IMG/VR virus record: IMGVR_UViG_3300023281_001121
Location: 6,250-70,249 of that record
DNA from: a virus
Reading direction: 5' to 3' (one strand)
DNA: 64,000 nucleotides
Shown piece after piece: positions 27,195 through 37,342 of the stretch; positions within the stretch are counted from its first letter, which is position 1; each line of letters begins with the position of its first letter. The notes beneath the pieces were generated by a model. That model saw only the letters and a program-made list of their open reading frames with translations. It was not told the origin of the DNA and did not search any database. The translations under genes were made by a program, and so were the position numbers.

Positions 27195-28283
27195 TTACAG
27201 ACCGAATTCTTGCTCGACGAGTAACCTAGCCTCTTCACGTTGGATGCCCCGCTCCCGCATCAGCTGAATGATGCCAGCTTCGATTGCAATATCCTCGTTA
27301 CTAGCATTGAGCGGAACGGTGTTTCCACTCGTCGTTTCAAGCAAGAACTTCTCACCAAGCGGGAACTCAGGAGTAGCATCACCCGTCTCGACGCTCCAAC
27401 TCTGGGAAGGATCTAGCAACGCCGTCTCTAACGGACTGCCGGGGATGTTCACAAACTCGCCCTGAGCGTTACGCTCCTGAGTTAACAACCTGCCCGAGCC
27501 ATCGTCAGCATGGATCGTGCGTCGACTCAGACGCTGTTCAGACAGTCCTTGAATCCTTGCCAGTTCTGACGAGGTGGCAGCGCCACGCTCGTCGACCCTA
27601 AGACGTCGCTCCTCGAACCCGCGTTCACGTACTGCCGCGAGGCCTGGATCGAGTTCGTTCGCAGCTTCCAGTGCGTCGTCGAAGCGACCGCTAGGTGTCG
27701 CGGCGAATTGAGTACCGCCCGCTGTGCTGAAACCAACGCGACTGCCTTTGATTAACTGCACCGCCCCTTCGGGCAGGCCAAGCTCTTCCCTCAACTCAGA
27801 ACGAGGTGGCGTGGAGATCGTGCGGCCTGATCCCGCGTTAGCAGTAAGCGGCACACTTTGTCGCGGACTGCCGACAGCCAAAGGACGTTCACCTAGATCC
27901 GGTGGCGCAACTTCAGGCGGTCGAACGCCAGGGAGCGCAGCAACAGTAGGGATGTTTTCACGTCGCTCTATTGTCTCTCCCTCACGCACCGGTCCCTGAA
28001 GCTCCGGACGTGTGACGCTACCGTCTGGCTGACGCGTTGAGCCAGGAGCAACAGGAGCAAGTGGCCCTGCGGTCTCTGGTTCTCGTACCGGACCAACGAA
28101 GCGTTCGCCTCCCTCATTGCGCTCCGCTCGAAACTCTGCGAACGCAGGGTTCGGAACCCGCTGGCCAGATCCTTGCCCGCGACTGCCCGGCCTTCGAATG
28201 GTTTCTGATGGCGGGGTATTAGCGCGCTGGAACGCGATGCGCTCGCGCCTCTGTCGCTCAATTTCTGCTCTGCCTCTAGCCAT
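27195..28283 (-). CDS. putative ejection (pilot) protein, low complexity
   Basis: R/P/G/E-rich 362 aa directly upstream of the giant protein. Confidence 0.55.
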   Translation of the reverse strand: MARGRAEIERQRRERIAFQRANTPPSETIRRPGSRGQGSGQRVPNPAFAEFRAERNEGGERFVGPVREPETAGPLAPVAPGSTRQPDGSVTRPELQGPVREGETIERRENIPTVAALPGVRPPEVAPPDLGERPLAVGSPRQSVPLTANAGSGRTISTPPRSELREELGLPEGAVQLIKGSRVGFSTAGGTQFAATPSGRFDDALEAANELDPGLAAVRERGFEERRLRVDERGAATSSELARIQGLSEQRLSRRTIHADDGSGRLLTQERNAQGEFVNIPGSPLETALLDPSQSWSVETGDATPEFPLGEKFLLETTSGNTVPLNASNEDIAIEAGIIQLMRERGIQREEARLLVEQEFGL

Positions 28284-28292
28284 GTCTACCTC

Positions 28293-30665
28293 CTAGCACG
28301 GGCAAGACTTGATCTTGGTCTCGCCAGCAAATGCGTTTTCGATTCTGGACTCACCAGTGTTCTCGTTCTTGTTCGTGTTATTCGTGCCACCGTGCATGGT
28401 CGTGTCCTGGTCAACCTTCGACTCATGGAACCGACCAAGCTGCGCGGCAGAGATCTGGGCTGCTGATCTAGAAGCTGCCGCTGAAGCTGTCGCGCCTGAC
28501 GTTGATGCGGCTGCTGAAGATGTGGCATTCGCCTGGGTAGCAGATTCGATAGTTCCGCCAACGTGACCCTGGAAATCAACCCGCTCACCGAATAGCGAAA
28601 CGTACTGCTGGAATCTTCCCACCTCTCCATTTACTTCAGCCGCGAACCCGCGCACCTTGGAGTCATAGATCGACGCAACTGCATTCGATTGATCGACCAG
28701 CACGCGTGCCGCGTCCACCTCTCTCTGACTCTCGGCGGTGAATGCCTGCACATCGACGCCGAACCTGCTCACCTCACCTTCGAATCGTCGAACCTCTGCG
28801 TCCACTTGGGACGCGTACTGACGAACCCGAGAGTCGAACGACTCGTTGTTCGCACGCTTGGTGTCGACGATGATCTGAGATGCGCTAACGTCTCGACCTA
28901 TCTGCGCGTTGAACGCCTGGACGTCACCCTGGTACCGCTGCACTTCAGAATTGTATCGACCTGTCTCTGCCTGACTCTCAGCTGTGAGCCTGTTGACCTG
29001 CGCGGCAAACACCTGAGTCTCTGAGTTCAACTCGGCAGTGATCGCCTCAATCTGAGCGCGCACCGCCTCGATGCTCGCGCGGAAGCTCTCGATCTTGAAC
29101 CGTTCAACATCGATTTCCTGTTGCTTGGACTGGCTTTCAGCACTCACCACCGCGCTGTACGCCTCGACCTCGTTCTTGAAAGCCTCGACTTCACTGGAGA
29201 ACGTGTCGATCTTCAGGCGCTCAGCGCCAACGCGTGACGTGTAGATGTCGGTCGCGATAGCAGCGGCCCGCACCTCCGTGGCGTAGCCCTCGATCTCAGC
29301 GGAGAACTTATCAATGATCAGGCGGTTGCTATCGATGACGAATCGCGATGCTTCCAGCTGCGATTTGAATAGCTCGAACGTCGCTAGAACGGCTTCGATC
29401 TGCGCCCGATAGTTGTCGACCTTCGCCGCGTTGATCTCGCCCTTGATCCGCTCTCCGTCAAGCTCCGCTCTGAACACATCGAGCTTCAGGACTTCGCCTT
29501 CCAACTCAGTCTTGAACACCTCTGACTCGGTGCGGTACGCCACCACGTCCGCGTTGTACCGCGTGACCTGAGCGTTGAATAACTGCAGCGCCAGATCAAC
29601 AGTCGTCCTGGCGATCTCGAACCCAAGCTGCTGTCGATTCAGATCATCCGTGACTAGGGCAATCTCTAGTCGCCCAGACTCAGTGACAGCGAACCTGACA
29701 TTCTCCACCTCCATCTCGGCCTGCTTGATGGCCTGGTCCCTGGAGAGAGAACTGCTCTTGTCCTGATTGCCCTGAAGTATTTCCTGGTTGCGTTTAACGA
29801 GCGCACCTGGAGGCATCGAGAATCCGCGAGCGGAAAACTCTTCGAAGGCTTCCTCTCTCGCCTGCAATCCGATGGCATCTTCACGCTCGCGCGCACGTTG
29901 CCAGATTGCCTGGTAGATGGCGTCCGACAACCCGGTCGATGTATCGCTTAACCAGAGATCGAGCTTTGTCTGCAGCGACGATAGAAGTGACGAGACGTAC
30001 GCCGACTGAGTGAACGAGAAAGTCGCAGTCGGATCTGCCGGACTGCCAACCAGGACCGCATCGAACGACGGGATGATTACCGTTGGCGATGACGGCAGAA
30101 CGATCTGCTCCAGTGTCGGAGCAGCAGGGAGAGCAGACGAAGGTGTTGGCGGCAACGTAACTGCAGCGAACGAGCCGATGGTAGGAGCGACCTTCGTGAA
30201 CTCACTGGGAGGCAGCGGCAGATTGATTGCAGGCTTGATCGCAGTCAGCTGCGGCGCAGGGTCAACCACATTGGCCGAGATGCTCGCCAACGATGGAGCG
30301 TCAGGAGATGATGGGAACGCGTCCGCGACAGGTACCGTGCCGAAGAACGACGGAGAGTTGAATGAGCCGCCGCTGAATGACGGTGCTGTCGCACTGCCAA
30401 CAGAAGGAGGAGCGAGGTCAGCCGGTGGGGCGGGCGGGGCCGGAATGAATAGCGCCGCACCAGAGAACAATGGCGAAGTGATCGCCGAGAGTCCAGGCAC
30501 AACCGGATCGGGTGGAGCTACCGGAGGAGCAGGTATCGCGACAGTCCCGCCCTGAAATGGCGGCTCGCTCAAAGTACCTACAGTGCTGAACGACGCCGCT
30601 GTAAGTGGGGTGTTGATACCCTGCTGGATGATTGCCAGCCCTTCGTCTGCAAAATCAACAGCCAT
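28293..30665 (-). CDS. virion protein with Pro-rich N-terminus and long coiled coil (ejection/tail-associated)
   Basis: 790 aa; heptad-rich YxAxVxAF-type region; position typical of Bcep22-like virion genes. Confidence 0.6.
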   Translation of the reverse strand: MAVDFADEGLAIIQQGINTPLTAASFSTVGTLSEPPFQGGTVAIPAPPVAPPDPVVPGLSAITSPLFSGAALFIPAPPAPPADLAPPSVGSATAPSFSGGSFNSPSFFGTVPVADAFPSSPDAPSLASISANVVDPAPQLTAIKPAINLPLPPSEFTKVAPTIGSFAAVTLPPTPSSALPAAPTLEQIVLPSSPTVIIPSFDAVLVGSPADPTATFSFTQSAYVSSLLSSLQTKLDLWLSDTSTGLSDAIYQAIWQRAREREDAIGLQAREEAFEEFSARGFSMPPGALVKRNQEILQGNQDKSSSLSRDQAIKQAEMEVENVRFAVTESGRLEIALVTDDLNRQQLGFEIARTTVDLALQLFNAQVTRYNADVVAYRTESEVFKTELEGEVLKLDVFRAELDGERIKGEINAAKVDNYRAQIEAVLATFELFKSQLEASRFVIDSNRLIIDKFSAEIEGYATEVRAAAIATDIYTSRVGAERLKIDTFSSEVEAFKNEVEAYSAVVSAESQSKQQEIDVERFKIESFRASIEAVRAQIEAITAELNSETQVFAAQVNRLTAESQAETGRYNSEVQRYQGDVQAFNAQIGRDVSASQIIVDTKRANNESFDSRVRQYASQVDAEVRRFEGEVSRFGVDVQAFTAESQREVDAARVLVDQSNAVASIYDSKVRGFAAEVNGEVGRFQQYVSLFGERVDFQGHVGGTIESATQANATSSAAASTSGATASAAASRSAAQISAAQLGRFHESKVDQDTTMHGGTNNTNKNENTGESRIENAFAGETKIKSCPC

Positions 30666-30705
30666 CTCTACGCTCCATCTAGATCTCGGCTGAGTGTATC
30701 AAAGG

Positions 30706-32202
30706 CTAAGCCCTGAAGGCGATGTCACCGCCCACAGATTGACCCTGGCTCCCGCCTTTGTCTTGGTCAAGCAATGCTGGCTGCGCCAGCCCTGCCGCTT
30801 CAAGTCCTCCTGATGCGCCAGCACTAACTTTTGGGGAACCATCACCGTCAAGGAGGAACCAGAACGTGCGGCTGTTGAGATTTGACTCAGCGCCAACATT
30901 GTAATTGCCAGACGTCGTATTCCCCTGAATCCAAGCCAAGCCTGCTAGGTTAGCCCCCATCAAGAAGCCACTAACCAGTCCCGGAAGGTGAAATGCTGAC
31001 CTCCCCCAGTTCGAACAGTATTGCGGTGACAGCCAGACGTCCTTGTCCTTTTCAATGTGAGACTCGAACGGATCTACACCAGCAAAAGGTTTGAACCCAG
31101 TAGCATGCTTACCATCAGGCCCTCCGTAAAAGAATCCGATCGCGGCGTCACAGCCTGCGTTCTTGTAAAGCAAGACGATCTCTCGCTCTGAAAGCACCTC
31201 GCCAGTTTCGTCATTCCGCTCAGTCCAGTTGATGATCGCAAAGTCGCGACGTAACCCTGCTCCTAAGTTCCGTGCGTCAAGCAAAGTAGGCATCGGTTTG
31301 TCACCACGATCCAGTGCCGTCGCACTGCTAGTCAAAGACTGGCCTCGCGCTTTCGATGCGTCTTTTTGCAAACCGCCCATGTCCCTACTGATAACGATAG
31401 TTTCATCCTGAACGCTTGGCGATGTGTAGAAGCCCTCATACAGCGTCGGAACGATATTATTTCCGTTGCACAACGTCGACCCTAGGGGGGAACCCAGCAT
31501 GGTGATGATGGCATTCAGATGGATATTGGTGCCTATGACGTCGCCACCTTCCGTGATGTCCTGCTGATCACAAGGCGCAAGCCTCGCGACGTGCCCGTTG
31601 TCGTTTATGTTGAAATGATTGCCGCCTTCGAATGCTATCCAGGAGTCCTGCGTGTACATATTTTCGTAGACCGCACCGTTGTAGAGGAATTCGTTTCTCA
31701 ATCTTAGGTACCCACCGACTGGGTCTTCCCCCTGAGTGCAATAGAGAACTCCCTCAAAGATGCTGGGGAGGTAGGGCCATGATAGGTCGGTCGCCTCTGA
31801 GACCTGCGCCGAACCTCCCGGCTCGTCCACCCCTAATATCTGAGAGAACATTCGCTTCCCTGGTATGCCGTACGGGAATGGGCATTGAACCATTCCGGCA
31901 AGCAAGGTCTGTATCCTCTGATTCTCTTCAGCACCTCGTTGCTGCACGGTAGCCCTAGCCATCGGTGTCGGACCAGTTGCGTCGTAAACAACAGTAATTT
32001 CTGTGTTCTCATCCGCACTGAATCTACCGACCGCCCTACCGCCCTCTGCATCTCCGGTGTGCGACTCGTTCTGCAGACGCGAGACCATGTTCTCGACCAT
32101 CATCTTGATTTGTCCAGAGACTGGAGAGTCAGACGCAAAGTAGATGTCGACAGTCTCGATGTCGCCGTCTTCGTTATCGTCTAGACCAGACCAGAGAGCC
32201 AT
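30706..32202 (-). CDS. putative tail/virion structural protein
   Basis: 498-aa ORF tightly coupled within the late operon. Confidence 0.55.
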   Translation of the reverse strand: MALWSGLDDNEDGDIETVDIYFASDSPVSGQIKMMVENMVSRLQNESHTGDAEGGRAVGRFSADENTEITVVYDATGPTPMARATVQQRGAEENQRIQTLLAGMVQCPFPYGIPGKRMFSQILGVDEPGGSAQVSEATDLSWPYLPSIFEGVLYCTQGEDPVGGYLRLRNEFLYNGAVYENMYTQDSWIAFEGGNHFNINDNGHVARLAPCDQQDITEGGDVIGTNIHLNAIITMLGSPLGSTLCNGNNIVPTLYEGFYTSPSVQDETIVISRDMGGLQKDASKARGQSLTSSATALDRGDKPMPTLLDARNLGAGLRRDFAIINWTERNDETGEVLSEREIVLLYKNAGCDAAIGFFYGGPDGKHATGFKPFAGVDPFESHIEKDKDVWLSPQYCSNWGRSAFHLPGLVSGFLMGANLAGLAWIQGNTTSGNYNVGAESNLNSRTFWFLLDGDGSPKVSAGASGGLEAAGLAQPALLDQDKGGSQGQSVGGDIAFRA

Positions 32203-33765
32203 CTATTTTTTGAGCCTCTTCTCGGCGATCTTGGTTTCCAGTTCGAGCGTATCGAGCTTGACATCTCCACCGGCAACATTCTCGATGTCGACCTGGTGGT
32301 ACCTGCTCTTAATCCCGCGTTTGAATTTGCTTCGCTCTGTGGTCCTCGCGCTCGCCGACTGTCGCAAGTTGTACGGTCCACTGGAGATCCCCTGATCCGT
32401 AACGAGCGTGAGTTGAAGCTGACCGGATGAACCCACACCTATGTATGCTCCGGTCACCCTCTTGAGAAGAGACGCCTCTGGACCGTTCTCATAGAACGCA
32501 CCGAAGTCTGTTGATCCGATCGTAGCTATAGCGTCGATGTCTATTCCATCGTCGTCGTCTCCATCGAGGAGATAGATGCCATCACTGCGAGCGCCAAGGA
32601 AGTCCTGTCCGATCGCAGCGAAGGCATCAAAGTCGTAGTTCTCGTATCGCGCTGGTGCGCCCGTGTTCTGATTAAGCACCCATGTGTAAAGCTCCTCTGT
32701 TGTGTCCAGGAAGTAAGCGCCCTGCGCGTAGCCGGTCAACTCGGCAAGGGCTTGGATCAGGTAGGCCGAGTCACCGAATCCAGTCAGGGCAGCATAGACA
32801 TTGAGTCCGTACTGACCATCAGTGAACCCGTTCTCTGCCTGGTATGCGTTGAGGACTGCCGTGGCATCAACGAACCCGTTCAGCGCGTTGTAAATAGCAA
32901 GCGTGTACTGACTGTCGGTTCTGAGTTGAGCTAACTGAAGGACCGAGATCGCGTACGCGCTATCGACACGTCCTTCCAGTTGCAGCAGAGCGTTGAGGTC
33001 GTAGTGGACACCAAACTTTTCTTCTATGAGTTGGTATACATCTATAGCCGACTGCGCATCCAGATGACCGTTCGACTCAATGAATGTGTTCAGAGCATAC
33101 TGGGCAATCGCAGCTTGCTCGCGCGCCTCCCAGGCGTTGAGGTCGTAGGCCCCTGTCGCGATTCCATTCTCTTGCTGCTGATACGTCAGGTAGTCGTACG
33201 AACTGACGGCGCTCATCAACAGGTCAACATAGATGTCTATGCTGTACAGGCCACCGAGATAACCCTGAGCGAGAAGATAGATGTCCAGCTGATACTGCGA
33301 ATTGAAGACTTGTTCATCAGCCTCGAATGCCAGGAGGTCGTAGTTGCCCTGCTTCTGATCGTCGAGTTCAACAAAAGCGAGTAGCTGGTATTCCATCTCG
33401 CCAGCGGACCCTTCCAACTCGGCGTAGGCATTGAGAACGTACTTGCCAGAACCGATGATGTCGCCTTCTGCCTGGTATGCGTTTAGGTCTGCGTTGCCTT
33501 GAAGGACTGTGTTCTCAAACTCTTCGAACCCAGCGAGGAAATACGCACCGCCAAAGATCCCTCCCTTGGGATCTGTTTCGCCTTGACCGAGAGTGGCGTC
33601 GCCCGCTTGATACTGGACCCCGATCTCGACCTGGTACTCACTGTTGGCCTGCTGATCGTAGGAGGTGTAGTTGTGGAGGTATTGCCCCACGCCCAACGGA
33701 CCCTGGAGAGCCGACTTACCTTTATGTAAGACCTGCAGATGAACCGAAGTGACACGAATAGCCAT
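32203..33765 (-). CDS. tail protein: N-terminal docking-like motif, ~16-aa Tyr repeats, C-terminal podovirus tail domain
   Basis: MAIRVTSVHLQVLH; NGFxDxxYxLxxYxA-type repeats; WVLNQNTGAPARYENYDFDAF...DGIYLLDGDDDDG..IDA. Confidence 0.65.
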   Translation of the reverse strand: MAIRVTSVHLQVLHKGKSALQGPLGVGQYLHNYTSYDQQANSEYQVEIGVQYQAGDATLGQGETDPKGGIFGGAYFLAGFEEFENTVLQGNADLNAYQAEGDIIGSGKYVLNAYAELEGSAGEMEYQLLAFVELDDQKQGNYDLLAFEADEQVFNSQYQLDIYLLAQGYLGGLYSIDIYVDLLMSAVSSYDYLTYQQQENGIATGAYDLNAWEAREQAAIAQYALNTFIESNGHLDAQSAIDVYQLIEEKFGVHYDLNALLQLEGRVDSAYAISVLQLAQLRTDSQYTLAIYNALNGFVDATAVLNAYQAENGFTDGQYGLNVYAALTGFGDSAYLIQALAELTGYAQGAYFLDTTEELYTWVLNQNTGAPARYENYDFDAFAAIGQDFLGARSDGIYLLDGDDDDGIDIDAIATIGSTDFGAFYENGPEASLLKRVTGAYIGVGSSGQLQLTLVTDQGISSGPYNLRQSASARTTERSKFKRGIKSRYHQVDIENVAGGDVKLDTLELETKIAEKRLKK

Positions 33766-34967
33766 TAGCTAACGATCTCGTAGCCGATCTCTGCGGCGTT
33801 CACCTCTGCCATCGTCCATGGCGCTGTGGTATCAGGGTTGTCCTCATAGATGTGGTAGAGCGCCTGGAATTCAGATTCCGTCAGCGTCAGAGTCGTGCCG
33901 ACTCCCTCCGTAGTGCCTTCGAAGATGACAACGCGAGCAGTGCGCGTGCCTGTATCAAGCGTGTCCTTTGCGATGGCCATGACCTGCACCGCCTGGACCG
34001 ATCCGAACAGATCCTCCGGGACCACCGAAGTGAACGTGTCAACACGGTCCTTGTTAGTCGCGACGTTGGCCTCGTTGTACGTGGTGTCGAAATCATGCTG
34101 GACCTCGTCCACCATCAGCGCGTTGTTGGTGCCAGATTGAGGAGTGAAGTCAATCTCGCCGACAACTTCGGCTGATGGGTAGAGGACGTCGATGGTTGCA
34201 GGGTAAATAAAGTCCTGCTCCCCAGCGACAGCCGGATCAATAATGTGGAGATCAGTGATTCGATAGATAGCTCCGGAACCAATAGTTGAGTTGGGATACA
34301 GATCTCCAGACGAGAACCAGATCTGATCCATGACATCGGTGCCTCCGATCGACGTGTCGAGGCCATTACCAAGGAACCAAACGTCTCCGTCGACTCGGAC
34401 CTCTATCTCACCTACAGAGTTATCAATCTTGACCCGGAACTCAACGTAGTACCACTTGCCTAGCTCCAACGCATGGAAGGTCGAGTCGCCCGCAGCCTCT
34501 GCGTCGTCCTCTCCCTCCCAGAAGAATCCACTGCCGGTGCCCAACTGAATCCGCATGTACGCAAGGTTAGTCTCACCCTGATCACCGAAGAAGTTGAACT
34601 CAGTCGTGACGTGAGTGAAGTTACCGGAGTCGTCTCGGAAATAGAGGAACGTGTCATCACCATGGATCTGCGCTGGGTTCCATCCCTCCAACATCAGATT
34701 GAAGCCGACGATGTACTCGTCTTTCGACGGTAGATCTATCTTCACGTTCGCTGACTGCGACGCTCCGATGTTTCCCTTGAACCTCAAACATCCAGGCGCA
34801 GGGGAACGCGGCGACTGGGTACCCGAAGGCATAGTCGTCGGTCCACCTGTTGGCAGGATCTCGATGTTGTTACCGAGAACCGCTCCATCTTTCGTGAGCG
34901 TGTAACGCGCCTCCAGGTCCTGGAAGCCGCGATACTGGCTCCAGGATTCCATCCACACGACACTCAT
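33765..34967 (-). CDS. ConA/LamG-like putative receptor-binding protein, paralog 5 (diverged)
   Basis: ATG at 34967 (TAATG); MSVVWMESW, WYYVEFRVKIDNSVGEIEVRVDG, FTPQSG.N..MVDEV..DFDTTY, WTMAEVNAAEIG. Confidence 0.7.
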   Translation of the reverse strand: MSVVWMESWSQYRGFQDLEARYTLTKDGAVLGNNIEILPTGGPTTMPSGTQSPRSPAPGCLRFKGNIGASQSANVKIDLPSKDEYIVGFNLMLEGWNPAQIHGDDTFLYFRDDSGNFTHVTTEFNFFGDQGETNLAYMRIQLGTGSGFFWEGEDDAEAAGDSTFHALELGKWYYVEFRVKIDNSVGEIEVRVDGDVWFLGNGLDTSIGGTDVMDQIWFSSGDLYPNSTIGSGAIYRITDLHIIDPAVAGEQDFIYPATIDVLYPSAEVVGEIDFTPQSGTNNALMVDEVQHDFDTTYNEANVATNKDRVDTFTSVVPEDLFGSVQAVQVMAIAKDTLDTGTRTARVVIFEGTTEGVGTTLTLTESEFQALYHIYEDNPDTTAPWTMAEVNAAEIGYEIVS

Positions 34968-35752
34968 TACACAAAGATCCTTACCCCGATGCGGAACGCA
35001 TTGTTGGTCTGCGACTGGTTCGTTCCAGCAGGAACCGTTCGCTTGAGCCACCAACCTTGGTAGTCGCCTGCACTGAGATCAGGGATCACGATGCCGCTCG
35101 CGTAGTCGACCGGGTTGTTGTCATCGAAGTCGATCGTGAGTGCCGGGTCCGTATCCTCGTTGGCGATCACGCCGAGCGCGATGTTCTTCGCCTCGTCACC
35201 GATAGCGATCTGAATCACGTCCTGTCCAGGCGTGTTCTGCTCGACCCACATACGGATGTCGACCATCGCGTCCGTAGCGTGATCATTCTCCCAGTAGACA
35301 CCACGGAACTCGATGTCTCCCGCCTTGGCGTCAGCCTTGGCCACATCATCGAACATGTTGTTCGCGATGTTGGTGATCGTGATCGTGTTGGTCTGATCAC
35401 TGGATGGCAATGCGCCTGAGGTCACGGTGACCTTCAGCACTCCACCATTGCTCGCTCCCTGAATGGCGTAGGCACCATTCGTGGACACGTCCACCGCGAC
35501 ACCCGCTGTGCCGTTGAGAGGCGTCCACCGTAACGTGGTGTTGACACTGTCGAACGCCAGCGTGCCGTCACCCTCGTCGTTGCCAGCGGCGTCATCGATA
35601 ACCACGCCTGTGATGGTCGTTGGCGCGCTGGGCGTCTGCGAAAGAATGTCCTTGGTGCCCGCAGTGGATTTGGCTCCACCCAGGTCCAGGTTCGGATCGG
35701 TGTTCGCGGCACCTCCCGAGTGGACGATTTTCAGATCAGCTAATGTAGCCAT
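34967..35752 (-). CDS. tail/collar structural protein
   Basis: SGGAANTDPNLDLGGA...NMFDDV...IEFRGVYWEN...GWWLKRTVPAG family pattern. Confidence 0.65.
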   Translation of the reverse strand: MATLADLKIVHSGGAANTDPNLDLGGAKSTAGTKDILSQTPSAPTTITGVVIDDAAGNDEGDGTLAFDSVNTTLRWTPLNGTAGVAVDVSTNGAYAIQGASNGGVLKVTVTSGALPSSDQTNTITITNIANNMFDDVAKADAKAGDIEFRGVYWENDHATDAMVDIRMWVEQNTPGQDVIQIAIGDEAKNIALGVIANEDTDPALTIDFDDNNPVDYASGIVIPDLSAGDYQGWWLKRTVPAGTNQSQTNNAFRIGVRIFV

Positions 35753-35762
35753 GATTCACTCC

Positions 35763-37016
35763 TCAAATTGCACTGCCCCTGCGAGCGGTCTCCAGGGTTA
35801 CATAGTCAGGCGCGAGATAGGACGATTCCACTCCCGTACCCATCGTTGCAACGATCTGCCGCAAGCCTCTCTGCTCACGGAAGATCATCGCACCATTCTC
35901 AAAGTTGCTAACTGCAGACTTGTCTTCTTGGACGTTCGTGATCTGAGCCTCAAGGCCACCGATCACGATCCCGAAATCACTGAACCATGCGACGTTGTCA
36001 GACTTGGGGATGTCGAGTCCAGTGCCCTTCACCGCACCGTACGGCAGCACAGCACGTTGCTGGAACTCGTTCGTGTCAACCCCACTGATCCAATAGGTCT
36101 GATCGGCACAGATGTAAATGCCATCAGCCACTGCCTTCATCACGGTCACGTCGCTTGGGAACTGCAGATAGTTCATGTGCGGCTTCACAAGCCCGTAACG
36201 CATCGCGTCGGTGTACCAGACCACCTTCCCTTGAGCGATGTAGATGCGCCCGTTGTGGTACTCCAGGACCGTTCCGGGTGCCGGTGTGACCCCATGTTGA
36301 GTCTGCAGCCTGATGTCCTGATTGTTGGACACCTGGGTGATCCGGAACGAAGGCACGCCAGTGATGAACTCTCCGACTCGATACAGGCCTTCGCCGTTAA
36401 CTTCCGAACAGTAGACCCGCACCTTGCTGGCTTCCGTTGACGTGGGTATGTCGGTCAGCGTTATCGTTCCGCCGTCCGCTGTCACCTCAGCGATCTTCGC
36501 TAACGGTGTGCCACTTTCCTCGCCGTCGTCAGCGACGAACGTCATGGCAACCTGGTAGGTTCCTGCTGTTAATCCACCGCCGGTATCAGAGACAACCAGT
36601 GTTGGCTGATCAACAGGTGGAGTGATGCCCCACGGCTTGACGAGTCCATCCGCTGTGAGCCTGCCGGTCAGGAGTCCGTTCGAGTAATAGATGTCATTGT
36701 TCACGCTCACGTAGAACATCGGGTGTGGCCCTACGCCCATACGAATCATCAGGCGCACCCAGCTGCCAGACATCTTGACCAGTTCCCATAGGGTACCGCT
36801 CTCGACGAACAGAACTTTTTCACCGTTGGAGTAAAGCGTTCCGCGCTCGATCGTGCCGGTCCAGATTTTTGTCCGGCCACGACGACGTAAGAGGTTGCCC
36901 GTGTCGGTGATGTCGTAGTTGACGCTGCGCCTGAGCGCAGTGACCGGCAACTCCTCAGCACCAAGGATGTTGTTCTCACCGTCAGGGAAGCCAGTGTATT
37001 TCGGATACGTCGGCAT
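35763..37016 (-). CDS. podovirus tail tubular/stabilisation-like protein
   Basis: LRRSVNYDITDTGNLLRRRG N-terminus, Ig-like GGGLTAGTYQVAMTFV insert, NGRIYIA...WYTDAM. Confidence 0.6.
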   Translation of the reverse strand: MPTYPKYTGFPDGENNILGAEELPVTALRRSVNYDITDTGNLLRRRGRTKIWTGTIERGTLYSNGEKVLFVESGTLWELVKMSGSWVRLMIRMGVGPHPMFYVSVNNDIYYSNGLLTGRLTADGLVKPWGITPPVDQPTLVVSDTGGGLTAGTYQVAMTFVADDGEESGTPLAKIAEVTADGGTITLTDIPTSTEASKVRVYCSEVNGEGLYRVGEFITGVPSFRITQVSNNQDIRLQTQHGVTPAPGTVLEYHNGRIYIAQGKVVWYTDAMRYGLVKPHMNYLQFPSDVTVMKAVADGIYICADQTYWISGVDTNEFQQRAVLPYGAVKGTGLDIPKSDNVAWFSDFGIVIGGLEAQITNVQEDKSAVSNFENGAMIFREQRGLRQIVATMGTGVESSYLAPDYVTLETARRGSAI

Positions 37017-37333
37017 CAGCGATCAATAACTAGAAGCAGCCCTTCGGCTTCAAGTGTATTGCCCAGGTCTGTGCTGACGGTGTACGTCACCTTGTAGGTC
37101 TTGCCGTCGACCCCCGCATCGATACGCTGCTGTGCGATCTGCCCAGTGAACGTCGCACTCGACGGGAACGTGAGATCGGTGGTCGCGACGACAGAGCCAT
37201 CAGCCAGCACTTCCTCCTGCCCGACCGAGTCGACGGCGCTGATGGTTTCAGCTGGCGTCTGCACCATCTTCGGGGCGAAGTCCATGTCATAGAGGCGGGA
37301 CTCAGCCGGTTGCTTTTCAAGCAGGTCTGGCAT
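37016..37333 (-). CDS. phage fibre-tail adaptor-like protein
   Basis: KQPAESRLYDMDF...AGVDGKTYKVTYTVSTDLGNTLE. Confidence 0.7.
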   Translation of the reverse strand: MPDLLEKQPAESRLYDMDFAPKMVQTPAETISAVDSVGQEEVLADGSVVATTDLTFPSSATFTGQIAQQRIDAGVDGKTYKVTYTVSTDLGNTLEAEGLLLVIDR

Positions 37334-37342
37334 GATGTTCCC

